Positions 1-9,275 of a stretch of 64,000 bases of DNA are shown piece after piece; position 1 is the stretch's first letter, and each line of letters opens with the position of its first letter. Under the pieces are notes generated by a model. It saw only the letters and a list, made by a program, of their open reading frames with translations, was not told where the DNA came from and did not search any database. The DNA is from a virus (taxonomy: Duplodnaviria > Caudoviricetes): IMG/VR virus record IMGVR_UViG_3300033145_002015, positions 1 to 64,000 of that record; one strand, 5' to 3'. The position numbers and the translations under genes are program-made.

Positions 1-108
1 CTACTGGTCGTACTGCTGCTACTGGTCGTACTACTGGTCGTACTGCTGCTACTGGTCGTACTGCTGCTACTGGTCGTACTACTGGTCGTACTGCTGCTAC
101 TGGTCGTT
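1..108. repeat. Tandem 12/15-bp repeats (CTACTGGTCGTA / CTGCTACTGGTCGTA) encoding Thr/Ser
   Basis: Directly visible at window start. Confidence 0.95.
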
Positions 109-278
109 GTGGTGCTGGTTCCCCAAGACCTTTCAAGAGCGGCCACTCTGGCATCCAAATCTATCACAGCAGTTCTAATCTGCGATAGAATGTTGTGGAG
201 TCCGCCGGTCCCTTGGTCTGTGAGGAAACTTCCACCCTCTCCAAACCTTTCGTTGATAGTGTCAATGGTGTAAGCCAT
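1..278 (-). CDS. Virion-associated protein with Ser/Thr-only repeat tail (runs off window edge)
   Basis: Translated by hand: RBS GAAAGGAG, ATG at 278, MAYTIDTINERFGEGG...ERSWG then (TTSSS/TTSS)n open to base 1; follows the head genes. Confidence 0.75.
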   Translation of the reverse strand, partial: MAYTIDTINERFGEGGSFLTDQGTGGLHNILSQIRTAVIDLDARVAALERSWGTSTTTTSSSSTTSSTTSSSSTTSSSSTTSSTTSSSSTTS

Positions 279-305
279 TCCTATCATCTCCTTTCAGCGG
301 ACTCG

Positions 306-875
306 TTATCCAGCCGATACATCCCTCCAGATAAGCAGAATCGTTCCTCCAGATGTATTTGTCGAACAGGTGATGGAACCAGAGCCGACCGTAATCTTGT
401 CCTTGACATCAGCACTGACCGCACCGGCAGATAGATGCAGAGCTCCGATCACTTCATCATTGGATGCAATCGTCTGCAGAGTGATGGTGTACGCAGATCC
501 AGAAGTCAGCTCGGTGCTCTGAGCCCCGGACTTGCTTCCGACCACCTTGAACTTGGCAGTCCCGTCGCCTCCCGCAGTCGTACAGGTAAATGTCCAAGTC
601 TCTTCGGGAATCCTTCCAACCAGAGTTCCAGCAGCAACCGTAGGAGTCGTCATCGACCCATTACCAGTATTACCGGAATCAGCCGACGGCGCGGCTGCCG
701 TGGGAGGATTATTGCTGGTAATCTGCATGGTGAATTTATCACCAACAGCCCATTCCGTCGCTCCTGCACTGATGGTGACGACAATCTTCTTGGATACCAC
801 CGCAATTTCAGTATCTGCAGCGGCTCCAGACAGATAACTCATGACAACTTGTTCAGCATCGTTATGTGCCAACAT
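306..875 (-). CDS. Putative head decoration/structural protein
   Basis: G/S/T-rich beta-type sequence, directly downstream of the major capsid gene. Confidence 0.6.
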   Translation of the reverse strand: MLAHNDAEQVVMSYLSGAAADTEIAVVSKKIVVTISAGATEWAVGDKFTMQITSNNPPTAAAPSADSGNTGNGSMTTPTVAAGTLVGRIPEETWTFTCTTAGGDGTAKFKVVGSKSGAQSTELTSGSAYTITLQTIASNDEVIGALHLSAGAVSADVKDKITVGSGSITCSTNTSGGTILLIWRDVSAG

Positions 876-889
876 ATTTGCCTACCTCC

Positions 890-1111
890 TTATTCCGATT
901 TAACCTTCGGTTTCCGGCCTCGCTTCTTGGGAATCCTTCCATCGGCGGTCTTAGCTCTAACCACAAAATCAGGATCATTCTTCAGACGCTCGGCCATCTC
1001 CGTATCAATTATTTCCGGTTCTCCAGCCTTGAAAAGCTGATAGGTAGTGGTGCCGTTGTTCACACGTACAGTAGAACCGGCAACGCCTTTATAAATGGCT
1101 TCCAATTCCAT
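890..1111 (-). CDS. Small head-region protein
   Basis: RBS GGAGGTGA, basic C-terminus, follows MCP. Confidence 0.65.
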   Translation of the reverse strand: MELEAIYKGVAGSTVRVNNGTTTYQLFKAGEPEIIDTEMAERLKNDPDFVVRAKTADGRIPKKRGRKPKVKSE

Positions 1112-1127
1112 AAATCACCTCCCAGCC

Positions 1128-2039
1128 TTACGGCGTTGCGATGTTAGTGTACTTCACGCAGGCTTCTTCCTCTTCGATGGCGAACGCACATCGCATGGTC
1201 AAAACCACGATAAGTACCCGAGCCCGGATATCCTTATCGGTCTCGATCATGATCTGGCGCTGAATCCCGAAGATGAGGTTCTGAGGATAGGTAAAAAACC
1301 CATAGGCGTTGGGCATTAACGCTACCGCCTCAATTGGAACCCCATACGCATACAGGGGATTATTGCCCTGAAGAGTAGAATCACCGAGGGCTGTCTGCCG
1401 ATCCGCTACCGTATCCCGATAGGCTGTTTCTTGATCGGGCGAGATATAGTGGCGCATGGCCGCCCTATTCCGCAAATACTTGTTCGGCATTTCAAGAATG
1501 CCGTTCTTGAACATCGCTTTGGTTATGGCAGCATTGCCTTGATTGACAACATTGGTCGAAATGCTGGCCAGAATCCCGTCCATCAACGCCAGATAGTCAT
1601 CTGAAGACGTGGTATCTCCCTGAATAATCAGTTCCTCCAGATCGACCGAGGCCCTCTCGCTGATCATTTCCATAATAGTTCCTTCAAGAGAACCACGTTC
1701 GATGTTGTCCTCAAGAACATCATAAGGCAAGTGCACTTCAGCGATGACTTCCTTAGTCGTGAGGGTGATTTTGGAAGTCGTGGGTTTGGCTCTTTCGCTC
1801 GAAGCCAATGTTTCGCCGGATGCCGGAGCAGGCCGCAAGATTCGAGAAGCGAACCCTATCTTGTCGATTTCCCTCTTGGGAGAATTCATCCTGACGGTTC
1901 GGATCTCTTTGATAATAGTGGGCTGCTCTTGGATCATACGAATAAACTTGTCACTCTGTTCAGGATTTAGATATCCGCCATCTGCAATGAGATTGGATAC
2001 TGCAATGTCGGCTTTAGCAACAATGTCTCTTTGACTCAT
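1128..2039 (-). CDS. Major capsid protein (HK97 fold)
   Basis: GGYLNPEQSDKFI, LPYDVLEDNIE, DLEELIIQGD motifs typical of this MCP family; position after protease/scaffold. Confidence 0.9.
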   Translation of the reverse strand: MSQRDIVAKADIAVSNLIADGGYLNPEQSDKFIRMIQEQPTIIKEIRTVRMNSPKREIDKIGFASRILRPAPASGETLASSERAKPTTSKITLTTKEVIAEVHLPYDVLEDNIERGSLEGTIMEMISERASVDLEELIIQGDTTSSDDYLALMDGILASISTNVVNQGNAAITKAMFKNGILEMPNKYLRNRAAMRHYISPDQETAYRDTVADRQTALGDSTLQGNNPLYAYGVPIEAVALMPNAYGFFTYPQNLIFGIQRQIMIETDKDIRARVLIVVLTMRCAFAIEEEEACVKYTNIATP

Positions 2040-2082
2040 CGTATCATTTCCTCCTTGGATTTACCTGAAGTCTTCTCCAGAG

Positions 2083-3453
2083 CTATTGCGCAATCGCTCC
2101 CTTTCGGAAAATAACTCCTTTGAAGACATCAGTCTCTTGGGTTTTGGGTTGCGTGGACGTATCCTGAGAAGCCGCCTTGGTCACTCCAGGCTCGGAAACA
2201 TCATTTTCCAGAGTCTGAAGTCGAGAATCGATGGCTTTTAGATTTTCCTGAAGCTGCTCCAACGTCTCTTTCAGCTCTTTTTTCTCATCGGCGGCTTTCT
2301 GGATTTCCGCTTGTCTCTCAGCATCTTGTTGCTTCTGAGCCTCGAATTCCTTGATGGCCTCAATGACAAACTCCTTGACCTGCTCTTTGGTTTCAAACAG
2401 TTGATCCATTGAATTATCCTCCTTCCGAACATTAAATTTCATTGCTGGAAACATATCCAGCTTCTGAGATATCTTCTTCAGATCGTCGGAAATAGATTCG
2501 ATCATCTTTTCATCTATCCCTGTACCGGACACCGATCTGATTGCCTTTGCAACTTTCGATGGACCAAACGATTCCAGCAGCATAGCTACAAAGGACGTAA
2601 AATTCTGCGTCGCAGTCTCAATGGTATTTTTCAGCCAAGTATCCTCCGCTTTGCTTTGGCCGAGACTTCCAGACATGATATCCAGCATGCTGAATGCCTC
2701 ATCTATCAACGCAGCTCTGAGGTCATACCGTCGTAATTCTTCAATTTCCTTGACTACATTTGTTCGATCCTCCTTCCCATCATTCGTATTTTCTTTTTTG
2801 GCTGCCGCTTCAAATGTCCCACCCCTAGATTTGCAGTGCGCTTTCGCATCATCAGCATCCCAGCTTGAAGTCGGATATCTAAGCGCCTGAATCTGTGAGG
2901 TTTTATCCTTGCCTGATCCTTTGATTCCATAGATTACATCTATACATTTTCCATCGTGCTTTTGCGCACAGTTCTGGCGGGCGAAAGAATCAAATTGGCC
3001 AGGATCCGCCAAACGACAGGAATGCTCATTCGGATATGGCTTTTCCGCCAAATCCTTTCCTATTTCCAGATTCTTAGCCTTCGCCGTTATTACGAAGACA
3101 CCCTTTTTTTCATCAAGATAAAAACCATCGAAGGACCCTTCTTCGCACTCCTCCCGATCCACTTGATCGTAGGCAAGATAATTCGCATATTCCTTTTCAT
3201 CGTCGGTGGCGAAGCCTTTCAGAATCTCATCGGCTTCTTCGGTCGGAAGGGATTTAGGAATAACTATTCTCTGCACTATCCTGTCTTCCTGATCCTCTGA
3301 CTTCAAAATGATGAAAGACTTGCCGTTCGCTCCGTGTGGAACCAGCGACACGAAGACAGCCTCAGGATCTTCAAGATAGTTTACATCCATCTCCACGAGC
3401 TTCGTACTTTTGTCATCTACTTTCTTCTGAACTTTCATGACATCTCCTCTCAA
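2083..3453 (-). CDS. Head scaffold/maturation-associated protein
   Basis: N-terminal VSLVPHGAN motif like XkdF-associated domains, internal PYPNEHSCRL domain, acidic coiled-coil C-terminus, between protease and MCP. Confidence 0.65.
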   Translation of the reverse strand: MRGDVMKVQKKVDDKSTKLVEMDVNYLEDPEAVFVSLVPHGANGKSFIILKSEDQEDRIVQRIVIPKSLPTEEADEILKGFATDDEKEYANYLAYDQVDREECEEGSFDGFYLDEKKGVFVITAKAKNLEIGKDLAEKPYPNEHSCRLADPGQFDSFARQNCAQKHDGKCIDVIYGIKGSGKDKTSQIQALRYPTSSWDADDAKAHCKSRGGTFEAAAKKENTNDGKEDRTNVVKEIEELRRYDLRAALIDEAFSMLDIMSGSLGQSKAEDTWLKNTIETATQNFTSFVAMLLESFGPSKVAKAIRSVSGTGIDEKMIESISDDLKKISQKLDMFPAMKFNVRKEDNSMDQLFETKEQVKEFVIEAIKEFEAQKQQDAERQAEIQKAADEKKELKETLEQLQENLKAIDSRLQTLENDVSEPGVTKAASQDTSTQPKTQETDVFKGVIFRKGAIAQ

Positions 3454-3467
3454 GCAAATAATTTAGG

Positions 3468-4061
3468 CTACCGATCTAGGTTTATCCTGTGAGCATGCCC
3501 CAGAGTCTCTTCCGTAGCATCCACATATTTGATTTCGTGGGAATGCCCCAACACAGTATTGGTCTTCCCAGCAACCACTGAACCAGACTCATCCAGTCGG
3601 ATATAGAATTCATGTTCATGAATCGGTAGGATATCTACGGTAGATTTCTCGGTCATGCCGGTGGCGGCATCGACAATTTCCACCAAAACTCGTCTGGGAT
3701 TTTTTCGCACCGGGCCGGCAAGGGAAAAGCTGTTCAGCTTCCCCTTTTTTACTTCGGCCCAAACTTCATCAGTACATTTTACACCAAGACCCCATGTTCC
3801 CGGAGTAAAATCAGGATCTCCTTCTCTGGCGATAAACGACTCCACGACGCAACATCCGCTCTTCTGAAAATTATGCAGGATGTCGATGTTGTGGACTCTA
3901 TTGTTCATCAAAAAGCTGTAGGCCATTTTCCGAATGGCCTCCTTGGTCATAGCTTCGCCATCGCTATCTACATCATCAGGAGAATAGACCGGGCCTAAAA
4001 CTACCTGCTCCTCATCACTTTTCAGAATGAATTTTCCGCTCACGACGACACTCCAGTTCAA
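3468..4061 (-). CDS. XkdF-like putative prohead serine protease
   Basis: EQVVLGPVYSPDDVDSDGE, IDILHN, VESFIA, KKGKLNSFSLAG; C-terminal HxH repeats. Confidence 0.8.
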   Translation of the reverse strand: MNWSVVVSGKFILKSDEEQVVLGPVYSPDDVDSDGEAMTKEAIRKMAYSFLMNNRVHNIDILHNFQKSGCCVVESFIAREGDPDFTPGTWGLGVKCTDEVWAEVKKGKLNSFSLAGPVRKNPRRVLVEIVDAATGMTEKSTVDILPIHEHEFYIRLDESGSVVAGKTNTVLGHSHEIKYVDATEETLGHAHRINLDR

Positions 4062-4072
4062 AATCTCAAAAC

Positions 4073-4107
4073 AAAAAAGGGGCTACTTGAAAAATCAAGC
4101 AGCCCCT
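4073..4107 (-). terminator. Rho-independent terminator
   Basis: AGGGGCTGCTTGA-TTTT-TCAAGTAGCCCCT hairpin followed by a T tract on the minus strand. Confidence 0.75.
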
Positions 4108-4122
4108 CGTCACATCTAATAC

Positions 4123-4151
4123 ATTTTTGAGAAAAAAATAAAAAATGTCAA
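4123..4151 (-). promoter_or_regulatory. sigma70-like promoter
   Basis: TTGACA-17-AAAAAT, upstream of head genes. Confidence 0.5.
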
Positions 4152-4164
4152 CTCCAAATTGAAT

Positions 4165-4530
4165 TCAAGAGATCGACATTATTTCTTCCGCCACTCTTCG
4201 GACGGTCGAATCGTCCCAAGAAAAAGAACGTTTTAATTTTTCCCGAACTGCAAAAAGGGCCGTAATGGCCCCTTTTTGCAGCTTATCTTCTATTAAATCG
4301 GCCAAATCGGCAGCGACATGCTTTAATGAAATCCCTTCCACTTTCATTCGGCCTATCCAATAGATCAATTTTTTCTTTGGATCGAGCTTACCCTTCATTA
4401 CGATTTCCAACCCATCTTGCGCAGAGAAACATTGCTGTTCAAATTCGCAGCTCTTACAGAGATACCTTGCTGCTTCTGGACGCCCCCGATACCATCCCAT
4501 TAAGCATACCATCCCAGCCTCCTCTCGCAA
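4165..4530 (-). CDS. Hypothetical protein
   Basis: ORF in co-oriented gene run. Confidence 0.55.
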   Translation of the reverse strand: MREEAGMVCLMGWYRGRPEAARYLCKSCEFEQQCFSAQDGLEIVMKGKLDPKKKLIYWIGRMKVEGISLKHVAADLADLIEDKLQKGAITALFAVREKLKRSFSWDDSTVRRVAEEIMSIS

Positions 4531-4563
4531 GAATCTGAATTTGGTTTTACTTGACGGCTCGCC

Positions 4564-5124
4564 CTATCCCGAATTTGATGGGAAGGTGATGACCTGTGCT
4601 TCTTCTCCTTTCACTGCCTTCAGACTTTCTTCATTTATTACCTCCTCATTCACTAAGGTAATACCGTGAAATCCTAATTTCAACTGTATTGGAGCTGTCC
4701 CGAATTGTAACCGCATCGTCCACATTCTTTTCAGTTCCCTGCGCCAACTCTCCACTACCAATATCGGCTCAACTTCCGGATGTTCATGAATCCGATCCCC
4801 AAAAAATTCGATCTCTTCGTCAGGAACCCATTCGGGAAGGCCCCATTCGGACCACATAAGGACCACTCCAGTCGGAAAAGTAAATTCTGATATTTGAGAT
4901 TTGCTGCTTTTTAGGATCGCCCGCAACGGAGAACCGATTTGGTTTGACAGATACTCCATTGAAAAGCGACCCATTACAACTTCAGTATTGGCGGGATCGT
5001 CCGTCACCACCGCAACGCCCACTTCCTGATCGGATTCCGCCCCGATGATCAGCATCGAAGCCAGCGACAGCATCAATTTGTTTCCTGTCGATGGAACGAT
5101 GAGTTTGTCCAGCCAGTCCATCAT
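4564..5124 (-). CDS. Hypothetical protein
   Basis: ORF with RBS, 4-nt overlap with upstream gene. Confidence 0.6.
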   Translation of the reverse strand: MMDWLDKLIVPSTGNKLMLSLASMLIIGAESDQEVGVAVVTDDPANTEVVMGRFSMEYLSNQIGSPLRAILKSSKSQISEFTFPTGVVLMWSEWGLPEWVPDEEIEFFGDRIHEHPEVEPILVVESWRRELKRMWTMRLQFGTAPIQLKLGFHGITLVNEEVINEESLKAVKGEEAQVITFPSNSG

Positions 5125-5366
5125 CCCTCCTCCCGCAATCGATTGCGCCTATCGAAATAGATCTTCAAAAACCAGAGAAGGGCGGAGGTGAAAATCATTT
5201 TGAACACCACCAGCCCTTCCCAAAAACCAAACTCCCGAATCAGATAGTCGGCAACCGGATTCAATTCTTCAAAACCCAATACCATTACGCAATAATAAGT
5301 GGTAGTAATGTCCACTATCTGAAGCGAGATTAATACCGACCCTATGATCCACATGCTTCCTGCCAT
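5121..5366 (-). CDS. DUF5658-like membrane protein
   Basis: LQIVDITTTYY...EELNP motif, hydrophobic helices. Confidence 0.6.
   Translation of the reverse strand: MAGSMWIIGSVLISLQIVDITTTYYCVMVLGFEELNPVADYLIREFGFWEGLVVFKMIFTSALLWFLKIYFDRRNRLREEG
5134..5147. promoter_or_regulatory. Copy of dispersed palindrome CGCAATYRATTGCG
   Basis: CGCAATCGATTGCG; further exact copies at 18285, 20494, 22462, 23220, 28644, 41432, 53285, 58512, 63649. Confidence 0.8.
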
Positions 5367-5523
5367 GATAATTTTCTTCGAGAATCAAAATTCAAACTCT
5401 CTATCCAACTATTGAGCCAGACCCAATTATCGTCCCGCCCGCACATGGGACAGAATTGCCCAACAAATAACTCCTCGCACTGCGTACAGAATTTCGCTTC
5501 GGTTAATTTCATTTCCCACCTCC

Positions 5524-5895
5524 TTATTTCCGTACATGTTTTCTGGCGATCCTCATCAAAGCAGCATTCACTAACTCCCACAGCTCGGAAATACGAAGAT
5601 CCGACAGATCCAGAATCTTATTTTTCAGAAATCGTTCCTTCCCCCGACTGAATCCTTGTCCATAGATGAATTCCTGCAACAGCGAAAATAGCTGCAATAC
5701 CCGTTCCCGATCAGCGAAAGATCCGGTTTGATCGACCCTTCTTTCCATCAGCAGATCAATCACTTCATCGGCGGGAAACTCCGCCAATACATCCAGCATC
5801 CTCGCCATGACCTCTTTGATCTGAGCGATATCGGTTTCTTTTTTCTTGCCTTCGAGTTCTGCGACCTTTTGAGCTACGTCATTCAGATTGATCAT
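5524..5895 (-). CDS. Hypothetical protein; C-terminal half paralogous to 14936..15214
   Basis: Shared ERVLQLF...KIL(D/E)LSDL.I..LW.L...ALM.IA(R/K)K.VR. Confidence 0.65.
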   Translation of the reverse strand: MINLNDVAQKVAELEGKKKETDIAQIKEVMARMLDVLAEFPADEVIDLLMERRVDQTGSFADRERVLQLFSLLQEFIYGQGFSRGKERFLKNKILDLSDLRISELWELVNAALMRIARKHVRK

Positions 5896-6091
5896 GTCCT
5901 CTTACCTCCGCATCCCTAATTTTCACACATCTACACTTAATACATGGCATATCTTCATCACCCAGCCACGCACATTCCACCCATTCGGAACACCAGCGCT
6001 GGTGTTTCATAACTCTGTCATGCGGTTTGGCGTGCCTGCAATCGCCGCAATCTTCGCACGCTCGGTTACATATATATTGTTGAGAACTCAT
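5879..6091 (-). CDS. Small Cys-rich hypothetical protein
   Basis: Multiple CxxC-like motifs, overlaps next gene. Confidence 0.5.
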   Translation of the reverse strand: MSSQQYICNRACEDCGDCRHAKPHDRVMKHQRWCSEWVECAWLGDEDMPCIKCRCVKIRDAEVRGHDQSE

Positions 6092-6217
6092 TCAGCATCC
6101 TTTGGAATTCGTGCGAACCCCACGCTCTTTCCCATCTCGGTAGGGCCTAAAGGGGATTCTTGGTTCCTCAAACTGTGTCAAAGTGATCTGTCTGCCGATT
6201 GAAGAACCCCCTCCTTT

Positions 6218-7453
6218 CTACATTTGCGGCAAATAAACCAAGGCTCCGGGCCGCTCTACGAATCGAAGCCTACCAACAGATACGGGATAATTGTCGGAGA
6301 ACGGCAACCGACACTTCACCACCTTTCGGGATGGAACAAAACTACGCACCGTTCCCACAAAACTGCTCCCATCTCGCCTCGTATACTTCACAATGTCCCA
6401 ATGCCTGAATCCAGCAAACCCGTCATACCTGCAGTTGTGCATGTCTCGACGACGCCTGCGCACGACAATCTTAAATTCACAAACCATATCCTCAAAGTTG
6501 CGCGTTCTCAGAGCCAAGGCAAGAGCATCATTCGTATGGGACTTACTTAGATCCAACTGTTTCCGCTTTTCGGCAGTCTGCCAACCATATCTTACCTCAA
6601 GCTGCGCCATGCGTTTCAATCCATTCTTGGTGTAGGTCTTTCCCTGTTGCAACCAAGTGGGATATGCAAATATTCTCCCATGGACTTCAGGGTGCCCGAA
6701 CTCAGCAGCCGTGCGGTTGCCCTTGGCCTGATTGCAGGATCGACAAGCACACACGAGATTTGTCCAAGCCATTGTACCGCCCCTACTGCGTGGAATGATG
6801 TGGTCTACCTCGGCCACCAATCCAGCTTTTATACAGTCCACACCACAGTACTGGCAAACATATCTGTCACGCCAAAGAACCGCTATTTTCCTGTTCTCAA
6901 AGCTGCTGTTAGGCCCGCGCCGATAATCCTTTATGTCATCATCCCACAAGGCCCGGACATCAAATTGTCCCTCTTCATACACGATGCGACTGATGGGCAT
7001 TAACTTGATCAAGTCACGCACGACACGCAAGATATTGTCCTTACGTACTTTGACGCTCGGTGGTATCCAACCCGTCCCGTCTTTCCGCCTCCAACGCGGC
7101 TGGCGATGGCGCAAACGCGAACGCCTTGCCCGTCGCCGCATCCGCCGGTTGGCAAGTTCCTTTTTGACATTGTTCCGCAATTTGATTTCGGCTTTGAATA
7201 CCACATGGTCGCCACTTTTGTTGTGCTGCACCACGGCAATGCCCGCTGTCTTTGCCCCATCGTCAATTCCTACAGTCGTAGGCTGGACAACCGGGTTGGG
7301 TTTCATTTCGATCAAGCGAATTGTGAACGGCACAATTCGCTCAACCGTCGCCCGACCTTTCCTGAGTAGTTTCCTTGCTGCTGCGGGGTGACAGGGGCTT
7401 AACGGCCTGCCATCCCCATTCAGAACGAATACATAGTTTGACATTCCTGTCAC
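6218..7453 (-). CDS. iscB: IscB RNA-guided endonuclease (OMEGA, IS200/IS605 family)
   Basis: PLMP-like PLSP, RuvC-I VGIDDG, Arg-rich bridge helix RRMRRRARR, RuvC-II E, HNH (CQYC...VDHIIP...N...CNQAKG), RuvC-III SHTNDA. Confidence 0.93.
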   Translation of the reverse strand: MTGMSNYVFVLNGDGRPLSPCHPAAARKLLRKGRATVERIVPFTIRLIEMKPNPVVQPTTVGIDDGAKTAGIAVVQHNKSGDHVVFKAEIKLRNNVKKELANRRMRRRARRSRLRHRQPRWRRKDGTGWIPPSVKVRKDNILRVVRDLIKLMPISRIVYEEGQFDVRALWDDDIKDYRRGPNSSFENRKIAVLWRDRYVCQYCGVDCIKAGLVAEVDHIIPRSRGGTMAWTNLVCACRSCNQAKGNRTAAEFGHPEVHGRIFAYPTWLQQGKTYTKNGLKRMAQLEVRYGWQTAEKRKQLDLSKSHTNDALALALRTRNFEDMVCEFKIVVRRRRRDMHNCRYDGFAGFRHWDIVKYTRRDGSSFVGTVRSFVPSRKVVKCRLPFSDNYPVSVGRLRFVERPGALVYLPQM

Positions 7454-7700
7454 TCCCTTTCGAGGTTAGAGGGCACCTCGGCCATGTGACGATTTTGCCA
7501 GACTAAGCTGGTGCGATACTCAGCCATGCTTACTCGCAAAAAACGAGAACCGTTCACGTAGACGGACACCTCACCGTCAGCAGACAGCTTAAACACCCGT
7601 CTTAGCCTTGAAGCCCCGTGCGCGTTGGCACATTCTGACCTACCTTGATCACTTTCGGTCAACTGCTGAGGGGCTCCTTCCCATATAAATTTGTTTTACG
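7454..7700 (-). ncRNA. Putative omegaRNA of IscB
   Basis: ~270-nt gap directly upstream of iscB containing GTTGACC and a 3' CATGGCCGAG...AACC..GAAAGG segment recalled as typical of iscB upstream RNAs; boundaries approximate. Confidence 0.7.
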
Positions 7701-7725
7701 CAGGGTTCGCACGCCAATCACAATC

Positions 7726-8037
7726 TCACAACGACAATATCCATTTCGGTAGCTGCGAATCTTCCATCGCAGTATTCGTATAGATGCATCGCTTGATGCT
7801 TTCCCATTCGACATCTGAAAAAGTGCCGGGAATCTTTTCCTGCCACCAAGCCAGCATTACACGAGTATCTTGGCCTCCTGGAAATCCTTTCAATGCAGCC
7901 TTTATCTGGTCTCTTACAACCGACGGAACCTTGATGTTTCCGTGATTTCGTTTAAAACACCACCTATCAATATCTTTCCAATCACGGCGTTTCAGCAAAA
8001 TGTTTTTCATCAGCCGCTTCCTTTCCTTCGGCTTCAA
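7726..8037 (-). CDS. Hypothetical protein
   Basis: ORF, 4-nt overlap with upstream gene. Confidence 0.55.
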   Translation of the reverse strand: MKPKERKRLMKNILLKRRDWKDIDRWCFKRNHGNIKVPSVVRDQIKAALKGFPGGQDTRVMLAWWQEKIPGTFSDVEWESIKRCIYTNTAMEDSQLPKWILSL

Positions 8038-8252
8038 TTTAAGATGGTTTTTTCCTTAGCATCACAATGGTTGGCGTAATTACAACTCACGTCTGCCGTA
8101 TTCTCGGATGGAACAATTTTTACGTACAAGCCATTCAATCTACAATTACAGGAATAATAGTTCGGTGGTGGAGTGACCCCCATCCACACACCAGAAGTAT
8201 AAATCGGTGCCCCACAATGGGGACAATGCCCTACCACTGTGAACATAGCCAT
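8034..8252 (-). CDS. Small zinc-ribbon protein
   Basis: CPHCG and CNC motifs, RBS. Confidence 0.55.
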   Translation of the reverse strand: MAMFTVVGHCPHCGAPIYTSGVWMGVTPPPNYYSCNCRLNGLYVKIVPSENTADVSCNYANHCDAKEKTILN

Positions 8253-8262
8253 CTCCTTTCTC

Positions 8263-8448
8263 TCAACCTCCGCTCCCCAAAATCTTCAATATCTTGAGCT
8301 GCCCCAGCTCATCTCCAATTTCCTCGGATATTATCGTTAGCCTGTCGTTATAAAGCAACCCATAATAATATTCAATTTCTTCGGGATCTTGTTCATTAAT
8401 TATGCTTTCTTCGTACCATAACTCGGCCAACACTTTAATCTTTTTCAT
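8263..8448 (-). CDS. Small acidic hypothetical protein
   Basis: Start reassigned to MKKIKV (RBS GGAG). Confidence 0.5.
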   Translation of the reverse strand: MKKIKVLAELWYEESIINEQDPEEIEYYYGLLYNDRLTIISEEIGDELGQLKILKILGSGG

Positions 8449-8635
8449 TCTCCACAACTCCCTCACTTCCCTCCCTCCATTTAGATTCAAGCCACCTATA
8501 ATCCACTGGCGAGTAGCCGCCTCCAAGGGGACGCCAACGCCTGACCCCGCACCGGCACTGCATATAGACGTTAGCACCCTTCGTATGGTGGAAACGATAC
8601 AGGTGGATATGCCAGCATCTAACCCTTCTCATCAC
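8435..8635 (-). CDS. Small hypothetical protein
   Basis: ORF overlapping neighbours. Confidence 0.45.
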   Translation of the reverse strand: MMRRVRCWHIHLYRFHHTKGANVYMQCRCGVRRWRPLGGGYSPVDYRWLESKWREGSEGVVENEKD

Positions 8636-9005
8636 ATCCCTCGATCAATTTACGCCAGTACTGATTGCATCGATCGATCTCGGACCGGATATAATCATGC
8701 CACCACCCGACATCCCCACCGCCGTAAGCATTTAAGAGTCCACAGTCATAATCAGGCTCGGTCAACAAAGATATAGAATAGGGGTCTGACCTCCCTGGGT
8801 AGGGAAAATGTGCAGCAGGGTCGGTATCCGATTTCGTTTTATTCTCCTCTTCCCACTGTTTTCTGCATTCCTCAGGAGTCGGGGCTTCTAGGAACCGCAT
8901 CATATTCTCTGCTGCGTCAGCTTTCTCCATATTACCCCCAATCTCAGACTCATGAACCGCAATCTTGTCCAATTCCCACCAAAGCAGTTTTTCGCCTTTA
9001 AGCAT
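8619..9005 (-). CDS. Hypothetical protein
   Basis: RBS GGAGGT; C-terminal WWHDYIRSEI..CN.YW segment. Confidence 0.55.
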   Translation of the reverse strand: MLKGEKLLWWELDKIAVHESEIGGNMEKADAAENMMRFLEAPTPEECRKQWEEENKTKSDTDPAAHFPYPGRSDPYSISLLTEPDYDCGLLNAYGGGDVGWWHDYIRSEIDRCNQYWRKLIEGCDEKG

Positions 9006-9031
9006 CTTTACCTCCTTGTTGTTCTTGTAAC

Positions 9032-9223
9032 TTACCGCTTATTTGGCGGCTCTATTTCCATCCAATGAGTAACTCGTTCGTTACAATAGTACCATTTGCC
9101 CTTTTCATGATCATAAAAATTTCCAACCCAAAAGAATGGATTCAAATAATCGCCGATCCAAGTAAGAACATACTTCGTCTTACTGGATTCAGGCAGTCTT
9201 TCTTTGACACTGATCCATTTCAT
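9032..9223 (-). CDS. DUF551 family protein
   Basis: MKWISVKERLPE...VTHWM. Confidence 0.8.
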   Translation of the reverse strand: MKWISVKERLPESSKTKYVLTWIGDYLNPFFWVGNFYDHEKGKWYYCNERVTHWMEIEPPNKR

Positions 9224-9275
9224 TCAACCACCTCCCCCCAGTTCGTAGTCCTCTATTTCGACGAAGATCATCTCG

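Noticed and set aside
2085-2094. ATTGCGCAAT as a copy of the dispersed palindrome
   Set aside because: Half-sites are in the opposite order and overlap a stop codon; likely chance.
7450-7662. 70-aa ORF upstream of iscB
   Set aside because: Overlaps the expected omegaRNA and has no recognisable motif.
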